Made by a program: the position numbers and the translations under genes | The notes under the pieces: model-generated | The model's input: only the letters and a program-made list of their open reading frames with translations | The model's database searches: none | What the model was told of the DNA's origin: nothing | Part shown: positions 1 to 11,820 of the stretch, piece by piece | Position numbering within the stretch: the stretch's first letter is position 1 | Layout: the number at the start of each line of letters is the position of its first letter | NCBI GenBank assembly: GCA_038087875.1 | Contig: CM075989.1 | Location: forward strand, 8,992,001-9,056,000 | DNA length: 64,000 bases | Reading direction: 5' to 3' | Source of the DNA: Malacoraja senta | Taxonomy: Eukaryota

Positions 1-108
1 CAGGAGAATGGGGTTAAGAGGGAAAGATAGATCAGTCATGATTGAATTGCAGGGTAGACGATGGGCTGAATGGCCTAATTCTGCTCCTACTGCTTGTGAG
101 CTTATGAC
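1..108 (+). mobile_element. CR1 (HER1-like) LINE 3' tail fragment
   Basis: GGAGAATGGGGTT..GATAGATCAG.CATGATTGAA..GGGCTGAATGGCCTAATTCTGCTCCT, the same tail that ends the RT-bearing CR1 copies at 20183-21432 and 27228-27756. Confidence 0.8.
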
Positions 109-653
109 CTTCCTCTGTTCCTCTTGTGTATGTCCAACTTGCTTTGAATGGGTCCACACCAGGAGCCTCACCTCCTCCAATACACTATTGTTGAAGCTGG
201 GCTGTAGATCAGCCAGTGGAGGGAGTCACCTGTTTGTGCTCTGACCTTCCCTGTTGATCCGTGCTTCCCCATAACTCCCAGCAGGGTTCCCGTCAACAGC
301 AGCGGTTCCTGCGTGGCCCCTCCGCCCCGCCACAGCTGTCCGGCGGCCAGGCCATGCAGATGTTGGCATCTGTGGCCGTGAGCCCGTGTGTCCGACCCAT
401 CCTGTGAGGTACAGGATGCTCCCCGTCACACTCCCAGGCCAGACCACCCCAAGCAAGCGGAAAACGGAACACACTTTCAAAGGAAGAGCTGCAGAAACAC
501 GTTACGCCGGCAGATGTTTGCTCTTAAAGAGGGCCAAGTAAAATATAATGTTGGAAACTCTCAGCAGCTCAGCTATCAGCGGAAAGAGGAAAGGGGTGAA
601 CGATTCAGGTCCAAGAGCCTTTGTCAGAAGACAGACACAAAATGCTGGAGTTA

Positions 654-1205
654 AGGCCCTGTCCCACTTACGTGTCCTTGGCATGCAAATTACGCGACCT
701 CGTCGTCGCGTTGAGGCGCACGGGCATCTTATGGCCGCGCGGGGCTGGTCCCATTGAGAAGCGCGGAGGGGTATGGAGTTGTGCGCGGTATCGCGCGGGG
801 CTCAGAAATTTTGACCCGTACAAAATCTTCGCGCGCCAACGGCCTGTCGCGTAACGGACGGCCAAAGTGGGACAGGCCCAAGACCCTGGCTCGACGCAAC
901 GTCTCACCTCCAACAGCAGCAGAAGCAGGCAAACGATTGCCGAGCTCCGCCTGGGGCTCACGGCCGTTGCGGTCCGGATCCGCCCCCACTTCTACTCCCA
1001 GAGCGGGTCCAAGAAAATTGAAGATAGACACAAAATGCTGGAGTAACTCAGCGGGATGGGCTGCATCTCTGGAGAGAAGGAATGGGTGATGCTTCGGGTC
1101 AAGACCCAACTGAAGAAGGGTCTCAACCCGAAACTTCACCCATTCCTTCTCTCCAGGGATGCTGCCTGTCCCGCTGAGTTACTCCAGCATTTTGGTGTCT
1201 ATCTT
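654..1205. mobile_element. PIF/Harbinger composite MITE, right end missing
   Basis: TTA + AGGCCCTGTCCCACTTACGTGTCCTTGGCA; collinear with the complete copy at 11125-11820 up to the internal Penelope-derived palindrome, but no right TIR follows. Confidence 0.8.
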
Positions 1206-1234
1206 CGATGTAAACCAGCATCTGCAGTTCCTTC
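1020..1234. repeat. Inverted (palindromic) Penelope pLTR-derived repeat with hammerhead-like core
   Basis: GATAGACACAAAATGCTGGAGTAACTCAGCGGG... mirrored by ...CCCGCTGAGTTACTCCAGCATTTT.GTGTCTATC; CTGAAGAAGGG..CCCGAAAC at ~1110-1134. Confidence 0.8.
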
Positions 1235-1688
1235 CTCCAGCCTTGGTCAGAACCTTTATCTTAAAGGGGGCTTTGAACCTTGCATGGCTGGGCCCCAGTC
1301 TTGTGTCACCAGGGTTTCCATGGTTCGGCCGCTCCAGGAAGGCGACCACTCTCCTAGTTGTTGTTGCCTTGCAGATGAGCGGAGTGGATGTAAACACCTT
1401 GCCTCCATGTTGCCTAATGCAGAACCGCAGAATGTTTACTGCACGGAAGGCCATTCGGCCCACCGACTCCATTCCGATCCCACGTGGGAAGGATGCGGCT
1501 GGTGTCGTCCATTTGCCCACTCCCATTGGCACCGCAGGCTCTTTCCTTCCGAACACGATGGTGGAACCTGTTTCCACCACCACCCCTGACTCTGATTCCA
1601 GACACCAGGCAGCTGCTGAGTAAAGAAGGGGAGAGAAATATCATGTAGACTCTGCAGGTACAGAGCAAGCATTCACTCAGCCCCAGGT

Positions 1689-1928
1689 CGGAAGGGAGAG
1701 TGGACGCTGGCGCGGTTTGGCTGCCACTGCTCTCCCTTCACATTGTGTTTCTGAATTTTGTTGTTGTCTTTTTTGGATCGAATTTCTGTCTTTAATTTGT
1801 GTATTGGTGATGTTCTTTATAACTTATTTTACTCCGATTATATGTTTCTTTGTTAAATTTTGTAAGGTGTCCTTGAGACTTTTGTATAGGCGCCCTTAAA
1901 TATAATCTATTATTATTATTATTATTAC
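1689..1928 (+). mobile_element. Short non-autonomous retroposon with L2-like 3' end and (ATT)n tail
   Basis: Starts CGGAAGGGAGAG...CTCTCCC hairpin; ends TGTAAGGTGTCCTTGAG..GGCGCC..AAATA..(TTA)n. Confidence 0.5.
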
Positions 1929-2383
1929 CCTGACACAGTGACATTCCAAAAATCCGGCATCCTTGGGAATCTAGTGGCTTCTGAACTGGCAGATTTTCCA
2001 GACTGATGGATATTTCCCTTAATAACATCCCCGATGTTTTACGTCTGAAGAAGGGTCCCAACCCAAACCGCCACCTATTGATTCTGAAGAAGAGTCCTGC
2101 CCCCGAAACGTCATCTATCCATGTTCTCTAGAGAAACTGCCTGCTGAGTTACTCCAGAATATTGTGTCTTTTTTTGTCATCCAGAATCTGTAGTTCCTTG
2201 TGTCTGTAACCTTTGACTTCGTTTTTAGTTGGGGTGTTATACCATAGTATAAGACATTTTTCAGTGTTCAATGGGAGCCCAGGAAACAGGGTCCTGCCAC
2301 GTTTAAAGGGAGGGTGGGGAATGGGGCCTTGGGATGGCAGATACCGAACCACCGGAATTCTCAATCAGACGGTGAATTCTTAA

Positions 2384-2965
2384 AGGCCTGTCTCACGAGT
2401 CTGCGGTCATTGGCGGCGAAACGGGAAGAATCTGCCGCCATAGACCGCGCACTCGTGAGAACGTACAATTCCGGGGCCGTGCGGCGGTGTTTCCAACACC
2501 GCACGGTGCTAAAATAAAACCGACAATGTTGAAAACTATAATCTTACCGCACAACCTCCACCAGTGATGCACGAGTGCGGCACGGCCGCCCGCACGGGCC
2601 GCCGCCAGTGTGGCTCGAGCGCCGTGCGTCAAACCTCCACTGCCACAGCCTCCGCCAGTGAGGCACGTGTGCGGCACGGCCGCAGGCACAGCCACCGCTA
2701 CAGCGCCGCGATCAGGACGGCCGCCACCACAGCCGCCGCTAGTGAGTCACGTGCGGCGGGCCGACGTCATCGCAGTCGGCCCGCCCTTTTTTAAACTTAC
2801 CGCAAGCACGTGGGACCCGCCGTGTTTGAATTACTCGGCCCCCGCGCAGCATCCGTGCGGCGCTCCAGTGGATAGGCTCGGCGCTCTCGCCGTTGCCGTG
2901 CGGTCCCCGCTACCGGCGATGCCGCGCTTCACCGCCGATGACCGCAAACAGGTAAGACAGAGCCT
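2384..2965. mobile_element. PIF/Harbinger MITE (CCGCAC/GTGCGG-rich subfamily)
   Basis: Imperfect ~37-bp TIRs (AGGCCTGTCTCACGAGTCTGCGGTCATTGGCGGCGAA vs reverse complement AGGCTCTGTCTTACCTGTTTGCGGTCATCGGCGGTGAA); flanked by TAA and TTA; CpG-rich interior. Confidence 0.8.
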
Positions 2966-3024
2966 TTAGAGTTCTGCTGTAGCTTAACTCCGATTCTGGA
3001 AGACTGACCCCCCTCGCAGTAGGA

Positions 3025-3385
3025 GATTCATATGGTCATAAGTGATAGGAGCAGAATTAGGCCATTCGGCCCACCAAGTCTACTCCGCCATTCAATCATG
3101 GCTGATCTATCTCTCCCTCCTAACCCCATTTTTCTGCCTTATCCCCATAACCCCTGACACTCGTACTATTCAAGAATCCATTTATCTCTATCTTAAAAAT
3201 ATCCATTGACTGCCTCCACAGCCTTCTGTGATAAAGAATTCAACAAGACACACCACCCTCTGACTAAAGAGATTCCTCCTCATCGTCTTCTTAAAGGAAG
3301 GTCCTTTAATTCTGAGGCTGGTCCTAGACTCTCCCACTAGTGGAGACAACCTCTCCACATCCACTCTATCCAGGCTATTCACTAT
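3025..3385 (-). mobile_element. CR1 LINE 3' fragment
   Basis: Translates to LDRVDVERLSPLVGESRT..LRIKG..FKKTMRRNLFSQRVV (CR1 ORF2 C-terminus), followed by the CR1 3' UTR. Confidence 0.85.
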
Positions 3386-3477
3386 TCCAGTTCCGAATCA
3401 GGAGCAGAGCTCAGGGGTCTGAAGAAGGGTATCGACCCAAAACGTCACCCAATCCTTCTCTCCAGAGATGCTGCCTG

Positions 3478-3677
3478 NNNNNNNNNNNNNNNNNNNNNNN
3501 NNNNNNNNNNNNNNNNNNNNNNNNNNNNNNNNNNNNNNNNNNNNNNNNNNNNNNNNNNNNNNNNNNNNNNNNNNNNNNNNNNNNNNNNNNNNNNNNNNNN
3601 NNNNNNNNNNNNNNNNNNNNNNNNNNNNNNNNNNNNNNNNNNNNNNNNNNNNNNNNNNNNNNNNNNNNNNNNNNNNN
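3478..3677. other. Assembly gap (200 N)
   Basis: Run of exactly 200 N, so a fixed-size scaffolding placeholder. Confidence 0.99.
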
Positions 3678-4229
3678 ATCATGTTTGGCTGAAGGGCCTG
3701 TTCTTGTGCAATACTGTTCCATAGTCTATGTTCTTTAGTTGGCTTGTGTATTGTTGCATTATTAACAATAACACCCCCATCCCTACTCCCTGTCTCCACC
3801 CCCACCTCCACCCTTGCCAGTTATCATCACGGATCCCCTCACTGTAGTCCCTCTCTGATCACCCACCACACTAGAACCATGCACCTACGTCCACCTGCCA
3901 AGTCCACTCGCTCTCTACCCAGATGCCTGCACCTTGCCTCAGTGCTGGACGACACCCTCAGCATGGTAGAGCAACGCACATTCAGCAGGCTCGAGTCACT
4001 GCACTGAAGGCCCATCACTTAAACAGTCCTCGATATGTAGCCAAGTTGACTGTACCTTGTACCACACATCTCCAGGCTCTCCTTCTCAGTCAGCCAACCA
4101 TGCCCATGTTAGGCTCAAGATAAGCCGATGGGAGGTGGGTAGGTTGGAACACGTCCACGTCTATTCCCTCCTGGGTTTGGTTCCTGGTCCCACGTAGTCT
4201 GTTCTTTATTAGCAACTTCCGAAGCAAAA

Positions 4230-4487
4230 GTTTAGTTTAATTTTAGTTTAGACTTACAGCGTGAAACAGGCCCTTCGGCCCACCGTGTCCGTGCAGGCCA
4301 GCGATCCTCGCACACTAACTACCCCACACACACGAGGGGCAATTTACATTTATACCGAGTCAATTGACCTACAACTCTGTATGTCTTTGGATTGTGGGAA
4401 GATCTCGGGAGAAGGTACAAACTCCGTACAGGCAGCACCCGTAGTCGGGATCAAAGCCGGGCAGTAGCTCTACCACTGTGGCACCAG
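4230..4487 (-). mobile_element. tRNA-derived V-SINE (HE1-like), degenerate
   Basis: Reverse complement of GGTAGAG..TTCGATCC.GACTACGGGTGCTG..GTAGGT.AATTG..GGGCCGAAGGGCCTGTTTC..(CTAAA)n. Confidence 0.8.
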
Positions 4488-4599
4488 GTCTTACCTTCCT
4501 GCTGAGAAACAATGCTGGCAAAAGCCTTCTGAGATGCTTTGAGAGGGCCCATTGCTACTTCCTAAAATTACCCTCCCCAACTGACACACTAGAATATAC

Positions 4600-4928
4600 A
4601 TGTATGTGTATACCTGCAGACACATACTGTACTTAAGTCACAAATGTCCATACATAGGCACAAACATACCTACACACACCTACACACACCTACACACTCT
4701 TCTACTCGTCTGCATATGCACACACTTCCATACATAGGCTCTCACACACAGCACATAAACACATACCCACACATATGCACACCTACATGCGCATCGACAT
4801 GCCTACACACAAACGCAGATGCACACAATCATGTACACACTCGTATCTAGATACAGAGACATCTCCACAGAAAGGTGTGTGCACTCATACACGCACACAC
4901 ACTGTCGCACACACACACACACAGACTG

Positions 4929-4971
<43 letters not shown>

Positions 4972-4993
4972 CACACACACACTGTCGCACACA

Positions 4994-5074
<81 letters not shown>

Positions 5075-5089
5075 TGATACACACACACA

Positions 5090-5145
<56 letters not shown>

Positions 5146-5147
5146 TG

Positions 5148-5184
<37 letters not shown>

Positions 5185-5230
5185 ACTGTCGCACACAGAC
5201 ACACACACACACACACACACACACAGACTG

Positions 5231-5270
<40 letters not shown>

Positions 5271-5308
5271 TCGCACACAGACACACACACACACACACAC
5301 ACAGACTG

Positions 5309-5347
<39 letters not shown>

Positions 5348-5407
5348 CACTGTCGCACACACACACACAACGCACACACACTGTCGCACACACACACACA
5401 CAGACTG

Positions 5408-5451
<44 letters not shown>

Positions 5452-5487
5452 TCGCACACAGACACACACACACACACACACAGACTG

Positions 5488-5545
<58 letters not shown>

Positions 5546-5590
5546 CACTGTCGCACACAGACACACACACACACACACACACACAGACTG

Positions 5591-5626
<36 letters not shown>

Positions 5627-5635
5627 TCGCACACA

Positions 5636-5688
<53 letters not shown>

Positions 5689-5729
5689 TCGCACACAGAC
5701 ACACACACACACACACACTGTCGCACACA

Positions 5730-5773
<44 letters not shown>

Positions 5774-5796
5774 CGCACACAGACACACACAGACTG

Positions 5797-5831
<35 letters not shown>

Positions 5832-5979
5832 TAGACACACAGACACACACACACTGTCGCACACAGACACACACAGACTGACACACACACAAATAGACAC
5901 ACAGACACACACACACACACACACACACACTGTCACACACACACACACACACAGACTGATACACACACACACACACACA

Positions 5980-6016
<37 letters not shown>

Positions 6017-6131
6017 TGTTACACACACACACACACACAGACACACACACACTGTCACACACAGACACACACAGACTGACTACACACACACAAATAGACA
6101 CACAGACACACACACACACACACACAGACTG

Positions 6132-6165
<34 letters not shown>

Positions 6166-6330
6166 GCACACACACACACACACACACACCACACACACAC
6201 ATACTGATACATACACACACACACACAGACACACACACAAATAGACACACAGACACACACACAAATAGACACACACACACACACACACCACACACACACA
6301 CAGACACACACACAAATAGACACATGCACA
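4600..6330. repeat. Compound (CA)n microsatellite array with higher-order spacers
   Basis: (CA)n runs punctuated by recurring CTGTCGCA and CAGACTGATA units, later CAAATAGA. Confidence 0.97.
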
Positions 6331-6781
6331 AATAGATGGAGACTGACAGATTGTTGATTACTAAGTGTGTCAGGGGTTATGGGGAGAAGGCAGGGGTTGA
6401 GAGGGAAAGATGGACTTGATGGGCCAAATGGACAAATTCTGCTCCTATAACAGACAGTCAGATACAAATACATGCAGACATACTGACACACACACACACA
6501 CAAACATATAGTCACATACAGAGATACATTCAGCCAGTGATTATGGGAGGAATGAGGTTTATTGTGTAATGCTTTCCCATAAAGGTCATGTATAATGGGA
6601 TAAGAGACCACAACCCAGCAGCTTAAACGGCTTCATTTGGCCTCTCCCAGTGGGCTGCTTGTGTGCTGATGGGTGACTTGGCTGCAGGGGAGTGGGGGAG
6701 GGTGGATTGTGGTGCAGGCAGTGAGGAGGAGATGTTTCATCATAATGTTGTCCCGACACAGTGTGAGACGGGCTTCATGAA

Positions 6782-6853
6782 GCTCTCGTGGTGCAATGGT
6801 AGAGCGTCTGACTCTGGATCAGAAGGCTGCGAGTTCGAATCACATCGTGGTTT
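6782..6853 (+). pseudogene. tRNA-Trp-derived pseudogene with anticodon changed to CTG
   Basis: GCTCTCGTGGTGCAATGGTAGAGCGTCTGACT-CTG-GATCAGAAGGCTGCGAGTTCGAATCACATCGTGGTT aligns end to end with vertebrate tRNA-Trp(CCA); mismatches in acceptor, D and T stems. Confidence 0.85.
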
Positions 6854-6857
6854 CAAA

Positions 6858-7165
6858 TGGGGAGGCACATTGGCTCAGCTGGTAGAGCTGCTGCCTCACA
6901 GCGCTGGACACCCGGGTCCGATCCTGACCTCGGGTGCTGTCTGTGTGGAGTTTGCACCTGTGGCAGCATGGGTTCCCTCCGTGTGATCCGGTTTCCTCCC
7001 ACATTCCAAAGGCATGCGGGTTTGTAGGTTAATTGTAAATTGTCCCCAGTGTGTAGGGAGTGGATACGAAAGTGGGATTACAAAGAACTTGTGGGATTGA
7101 GGGTCGACGTGGACTCAGTGGACTGAAGGGCCAAATTCCATGTTGTATCTTTCAATCAATTAATG
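6858..7165 (+). mobile_element. V-SINE (HE1-like), full length
   Basis: A box TGGCTCAGCTGG, B-box-like GGTCCGATCC, V-domain, CR1-derived tail ending (TCAA)n. Confidence 0.85.
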
Positions 7166-7221
7166 AATCAACAGCAATCAATCAGCTGGTGTTTGTTGCC
7201 ATTTGGACTTATGTCAATGTT

Positions 7222-7535
7222 AGACTTTAGACTGTTAGAGATACACTGCGGTAATAGGCCATTCGGCCCACTAAGTCCATGTCGACCAGCAATCACCCGG
7301 TACACGAGCAGTATCCCACACCTCGGGGACAATTTACAATTTTACCATAGCCCGTTAATCTACAAACCTGTACGTCTTTGAAGTGTGGGATAGGACTGGA
7401 GCACCCGGGAAAACCCCACGCTGTCACAGGGAGAATGTACGGGTTCCGTACAGGCAGCACCCGTAGTCAGGATCGAACCCGTGCCTCTGTTGCCGCAAGG
7501 CAGCAATTCTACCGCTGCGCCAGCGTGCCGCCCCT
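7222..7535 (-). mobile_element. V-SINE (HE1-like)
   Basis: Same family in opposite orientation; head GGGGCGGCACG.TGGCGCAGCGGTAGA. Confidence 0.85.
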
Positions 7536-8699
7536 TGCGCCACTGTGCCTGCTCCTGTATTTAGTAAAATCCTGATATTAAAAACCTATTGTTATTAGAC
7601 ATTAGAAAGTGCATAGAAATCCTGGCTTTCACCCTGTGTGATCTCACAGTGCAGCCCAGCATAGTTCCATGTTCATTTCTGGAACGATCAATGTTTACTC
7701 AGTACAGGAGTGTCCGCACTGTACTAATGTCTGGAATGTGGATAGGGTTACTGATCATGGAGTGGGTGATGCTCAGTCCAGTCACATCAACTGACGAGTC
7801 TCACCGTAAGCAAGACCAAGCGATGGAGCTGCTGCTAGATTCAACGGGAGAGAAGGGACGGAAATCATTATCAAACTGTAAAGGACGTGATTGAATATTT
7901 TGTTTTAATAAAGGAGAATTTGATATTTGCCTTCGTTGCACCAATCTAATTTTCCATGGTACTTGTCCACAAGTTATGTCATAGTTTGGCTACTTCTCAA
8001 CAGCCTAAAGACCTGACGAGACTAGCATTTGGGAAATTGCCCAGAGCTTTTACCCTTGTTCTCCCACTCTCCTTTGTTCAAAGTAACTTGCACTAAGCCG
8101 AGAAGACCGCTGCGTTGAGCAGAACAATCATATTTCAATTTCTTCAGAGGACAAAGAGGGAAAGAATGGCATGAAAGTACAACTGTTCAGTCTGGAAATT
8201 CAGCCCAGCTGGGTGGTGGTAAATGGACAACCTAGCGGTAATAACTTAGTGTTAAAGAAGGAACTGCAGATGCTGGAAAATCGAAGGTACACAAAAATGC
8301 TGGAGAACCTGCTGAGTTTCTCCAGCATTTTTGTGTACCTGTAATAACAGTATTCTCTGCCGCTGGAATTCACCCTATTGATTTTTACTTAGGCCACAGA
8401 GTACAACAGACTGGCAAAACTATTTGACAGAGACACGAGGCACTGCAGATGCTGGAATCTTGAGCAAGGCACAAAGTGCTGGTGGAACTCAACGGGTCAG
8501 GCAGCATCTGCGAAGGGAATGGACAGGCGACGTTCCGGGTTGGGACCCTCCTTCAGAGTTATTCCATGTCGTCATGTCGAAGTCATGGTTGAGATCACAG
8601 ATGGGGAGTAACCTGGATTGTCCATTGAGCTGGACAGGGTCAGAGCAGGACTCAAAGGTTCAACTCACCCTCCCCACTCCCCAAGTTCCCTCCATTGAT

Positions 8700-8802
8700 G
8701 AACAGACGGATCTTGGGGTCCAAGTCCATAACTCTCTGAAAGTGGCAACACAGGTAGATAGAGTGGTAAAGAAGCCATTGGGTATGCTTGCCTTCATTGA
8801 TT
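8700..8802 (+). mobile_element. CR1 RT fragment
   Basis: Translates EQTDLGVQVHNSLKVATQVDRVVKKPLGMLAFI. Confidence 0.8.
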
Positions 8803-8803
8803 A

Positions 8804-9100
8804 CTAGACTCAGTGGGACCCGTTGTGTCCCAGTCACATGGGAGGCCTGGTCCCACAACGCAACCCGTTCCCCCAACGCAATATTCCACCACGCACCCAT
8901 AGCCCCTAACTGCGCAGGTTCCCGTTGTGTTGCCCCTGATCCCCCTCTCCTCCCCTCTCCTCCCCTCACCCCCCCCCCACCTACACCGCCTCTTGCCCTT
9001 CCCCCCCGCCACACACTCACTCCATCCCCCCTCAACCCCCCCCCCCCCCCCCATCCACTCTTAGCGGCTCTCCGGCAGCGCAGTCACTCCCGCCCATTGG
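8804..9100 (-). mobile_element. Helitron-like non-autonomous element (3' end)
   Basis: Minus strand ends with a GGGAC-ACAACGG-GTCCC hairpin, then CTAG followed by T; the same terminus occurs at 28414-28440 and 33750-33790; 5' boundary uncertain. Confidence 0.6.
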
Positions 9101-9654
9101 GGTCTAAACTAAACTAAACTACAAGTTAGTTTGTAGCATCATGTTCGGCACAGATATTGTGGGCCGAAGGGCCTGTTCCTGTGCTGTACTGTTCAATGTT
9201 CCATGTTCTAGGTTCCAAGTTGGCGCAAGTCCTTCACCCGACACCCTGGCACTGTCAGGGTTGTTGGACTCACTATCCATTCAGATGATTCCAGAAGATT
9301 CCGTCAAGTTTTTCCACAACAAAGAGGGTGATGGTTTCACCTCTTCCGTTTTGTCAGGGAGCTGGTGTTGGCGAGGAAGGACAACTGCATCAGGGGTTGC
9401 TAGGATGTGGAAATATATGGATGGGTTTTTATGCTGGAGAGACGTTGAGGTGGGGTCCAGGGGGGGCGGGGGGTGGGGAGGGAGTTGGGGGAGAAAGTGA
9501 GAGAAATTTCTTCTGGCTAATTTTGTCATCATCAACGAGAAGAAATAGTAAAGGAAGCTAATGCCATGTGCTTAACTATCCGGATAAACCTGCCAAGCAG
9601 AAAGAAAGCTAATGGTCCCTCGAGACTTATCAATGTAAGAATATTACTTCCTTA

Positions 9655-9897
9655 AGGGCCTGTCCCACTTACGCGATTTTTTCGGCAACTTGCCGGCACC
9701 CGTCAAGTTGCCGAAAATGTTCAACACGTTGAAAATCCAACGGTGACCAGAAAAAGGTACGACTCTTTGGGTGACTACTCACGACCATACAGACATCAGT
9801 GACGCCTGTATGGTCGTGTTTCACGTTGAAAATATTCGGCGACCTGCTGCGACTATGACGCAGTCGCTGGAAAAATCGCGTAAGTGGGACAGGCCCT
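9655..9897. mobile_element. PIF/Harbinger MITE
   Basis: TIR AGGGCCTGTCCCACTTACGCGATTTTT at both ends; TTA TSD (9652-54 and 9898-9900). Confidence 0.92.
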
Positions 9898-10539
9898 TTA
9901 CTTTCTTGTCCCACCTCTATCATTAGCCTTGTGATACTGTCTCCACTATCCCACATTCTTTGCCAAATCTTTGCTCTGATCTTTGCTCTGTCCACTTCCC
10001 TAAGTATTCTTGCTCCCATTTCCCCATGTCATGCACGCTCTTCAATACTAAATATTTTCCTATCAGGACTGCCAGCAACCCATCGCACCTTGGACAGCAT
10101 ACACATTATAACACACGATAGACACAAACTGCTGGAGTAACTCAGCGGGTCACGCAGCACCTCTGGAGAAAATGGATAAGGTGACGTTTCGGGTCGGGAC
10201 CTCTTTTTCAGACTCTTCAGATTAATTCTTGAGATTAACACAGGAGGCTGAAGGTTAATAAATCAAAAGGAATTAAACGAACGGTGGCCCAGGTTGGTGA
10301 GGCGGAGAATGAAAGTGGTGGTATGATAGAACGGGACAAAAACTAAAACAGAAAGTGCACGGCACAAAGTGAACCTGGAGTAAGTAAAAACTGTAAGTAG
10401 GGAAAGCTGAAGGCTCATTATCTGAATACCCCTCCGTGACAAGAGACACCATTGTGGTGGAACTGGATGCAGGTGTTCACTGCCCCTTTATGCCTCTTTA
10501 TGTATGCAGTAATTATTACTGGTGCTCCCTTGAAATCTG

Positions 10540-10770
10540 ATGAAGCCATTGGATGCCTGAACCATTCTACCACAACCAGAGGGCAGTCCTGAACTACCAT
10601 CCACTGGACACTCGGACTATTTTTGATCAGACTTTACTGGCTTTATCTTGCACTGTTATTCCCTTTATTATCTGTACACTGTGAATGGCTCGATTCTAAT
10701 CTTGTATTGTTTTTCAGCTAACTGGATAGCATGCAACAAAATCTTTTCACTGTACCTCAGTACACGTGAC
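10540..10770 (+). mobile_element. Rex1/Babar-type LINE 3' UTR
   Basis: Ends TTTTCACTGTACCTCAGTACACGTGAC; the same tail follows the Rex1/Babar ORF2 end at 34745-35150. Confidence 0.7.
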
Positions 10771-11124
10771 TTGTACAGTGGCAGTAAGAACCATAGATTG
10801 ACACATAGCTGGAGTAACTCAGCGGGACAGACAGCAACACTGGAGAGAAGGAAGGGGTGACGTTTTGTGTCAAGACCCTTCTTCGGAACCATGGAAACGG
10901 ATGTCACATTGGGTGACCAGTCCGCCTGTTGTCTGCACGTCGGTCCACAAACAGCTGAGTCGATTATTCTTAACTCTTCAGTTCTCTGGCTACAGCCCGC
11001 CAGTGCACATCCACATACAATTGCAAATTGTAAATGCATTGAGGATTTGTGCCAGGCATTGTGTTTCAGCATCGCCTCTCCCCCGGTGGCAAAAATGTTC
11101 TCAACACTTCACTCCATGCCTTAA

Positions 11125-11820
11125 AGGGCCTGTCCCACTTACGTGTCCTTGGCAGGTAAATTACCCAACCTCGTGGTCGCGTTGAGGCGTACGGGCATCG
11201 TGTGGCCGCGCGGGGCCGGTCCCACTTAGAAGCGCGGAGGGGTATGTAGTTGTGCGCGACCGCGGGGCTCCGAAATGTTTGTAGTGAACGAAATCTTCGC
11301 GCGCCAACGGCCTGTCGCGGAACTGACGGCCAAAGTGGGACAGGCCCAGGACCCTGGCTCGACGCAACGTCTCACCTTCAACAGCAGCAGAAGCAGGCAA
11401 ACGATCGCCGAGCTCGGCCTGGGGCTCACGGCCGTTGCGGTCCGGATCCGTCCCCATTTCTACTCCCAGAGCGGGGCCAAGAAAATTGAAGATAGACACA
11501 AAATGCAGGAGTAACTCAGCGGGACCGGCAGCATCTCTGGAGAGAAGGAATGGGTGACGTTTCGGGTCAAGACCCTTCTTTTCAGACCGAAGAAGAGTCT
11601 CGACACGAAACGTCACCCATTCCTTCTCTCCAGAGATACTGCCTGTCCCGCTGAGTTACTCCAGCTTTGTGTCAATCTTCAAATGACGTCACGCGCTCCA
11701 GACGGCTGTGCGTACGCATGTAATCGCGCCCGACCTTCACCGGACCATGCTTCACCGGCTCAACGCGACCACGAGGTCGCGTAATTTGCGTGCCAAAGAC
11801 ACGTAAGTGGGACAGGCCCT
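11125..11820. mobile_element. Complete composite PIF/Harbinger MITE carrying a Penelope pLTR palindrome
   Basis: TIRs AGGGCCTGTCCCACTTACGTGTC(C/T)TTGGCA; flanks TAA/TTA; internal extra TIR-like AGTGGGACAGGCCC (~11334-11347) and an inverted Penelope repeat at ~11489-11680. Confidence 0.9.

Noticed and set aside
230..489. Minus-strand exon candidate (acceptor TTTCTGCAG, donor CAG|GTGACT) and a second acceptor near 1617
   Set aside because: No recognisable protein in any frame, and the 1430-1480 segment is a decayed CR1 tail; unsupported without RNA data
3340..3811. ORFs spanning X runs
   Set aside because: They cross the N gap
4890..5900. CRISPR-like repeat-spacer periodicity
   Set aside because: The 'spacers' are CA runs rather than unique sequence; no cas genes; eukaryotic context
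4803..6611. 602-aa Cys/Val-rich ORF and overlapping ORFs
   Set aside because: Translation of the (CA)n array
6782..6853. Functional tRNA-Gln(CTG) or recoding tRNA
   Set aside because: Multiple mismatches in acceptor, D and T stems; the body is Trp-type
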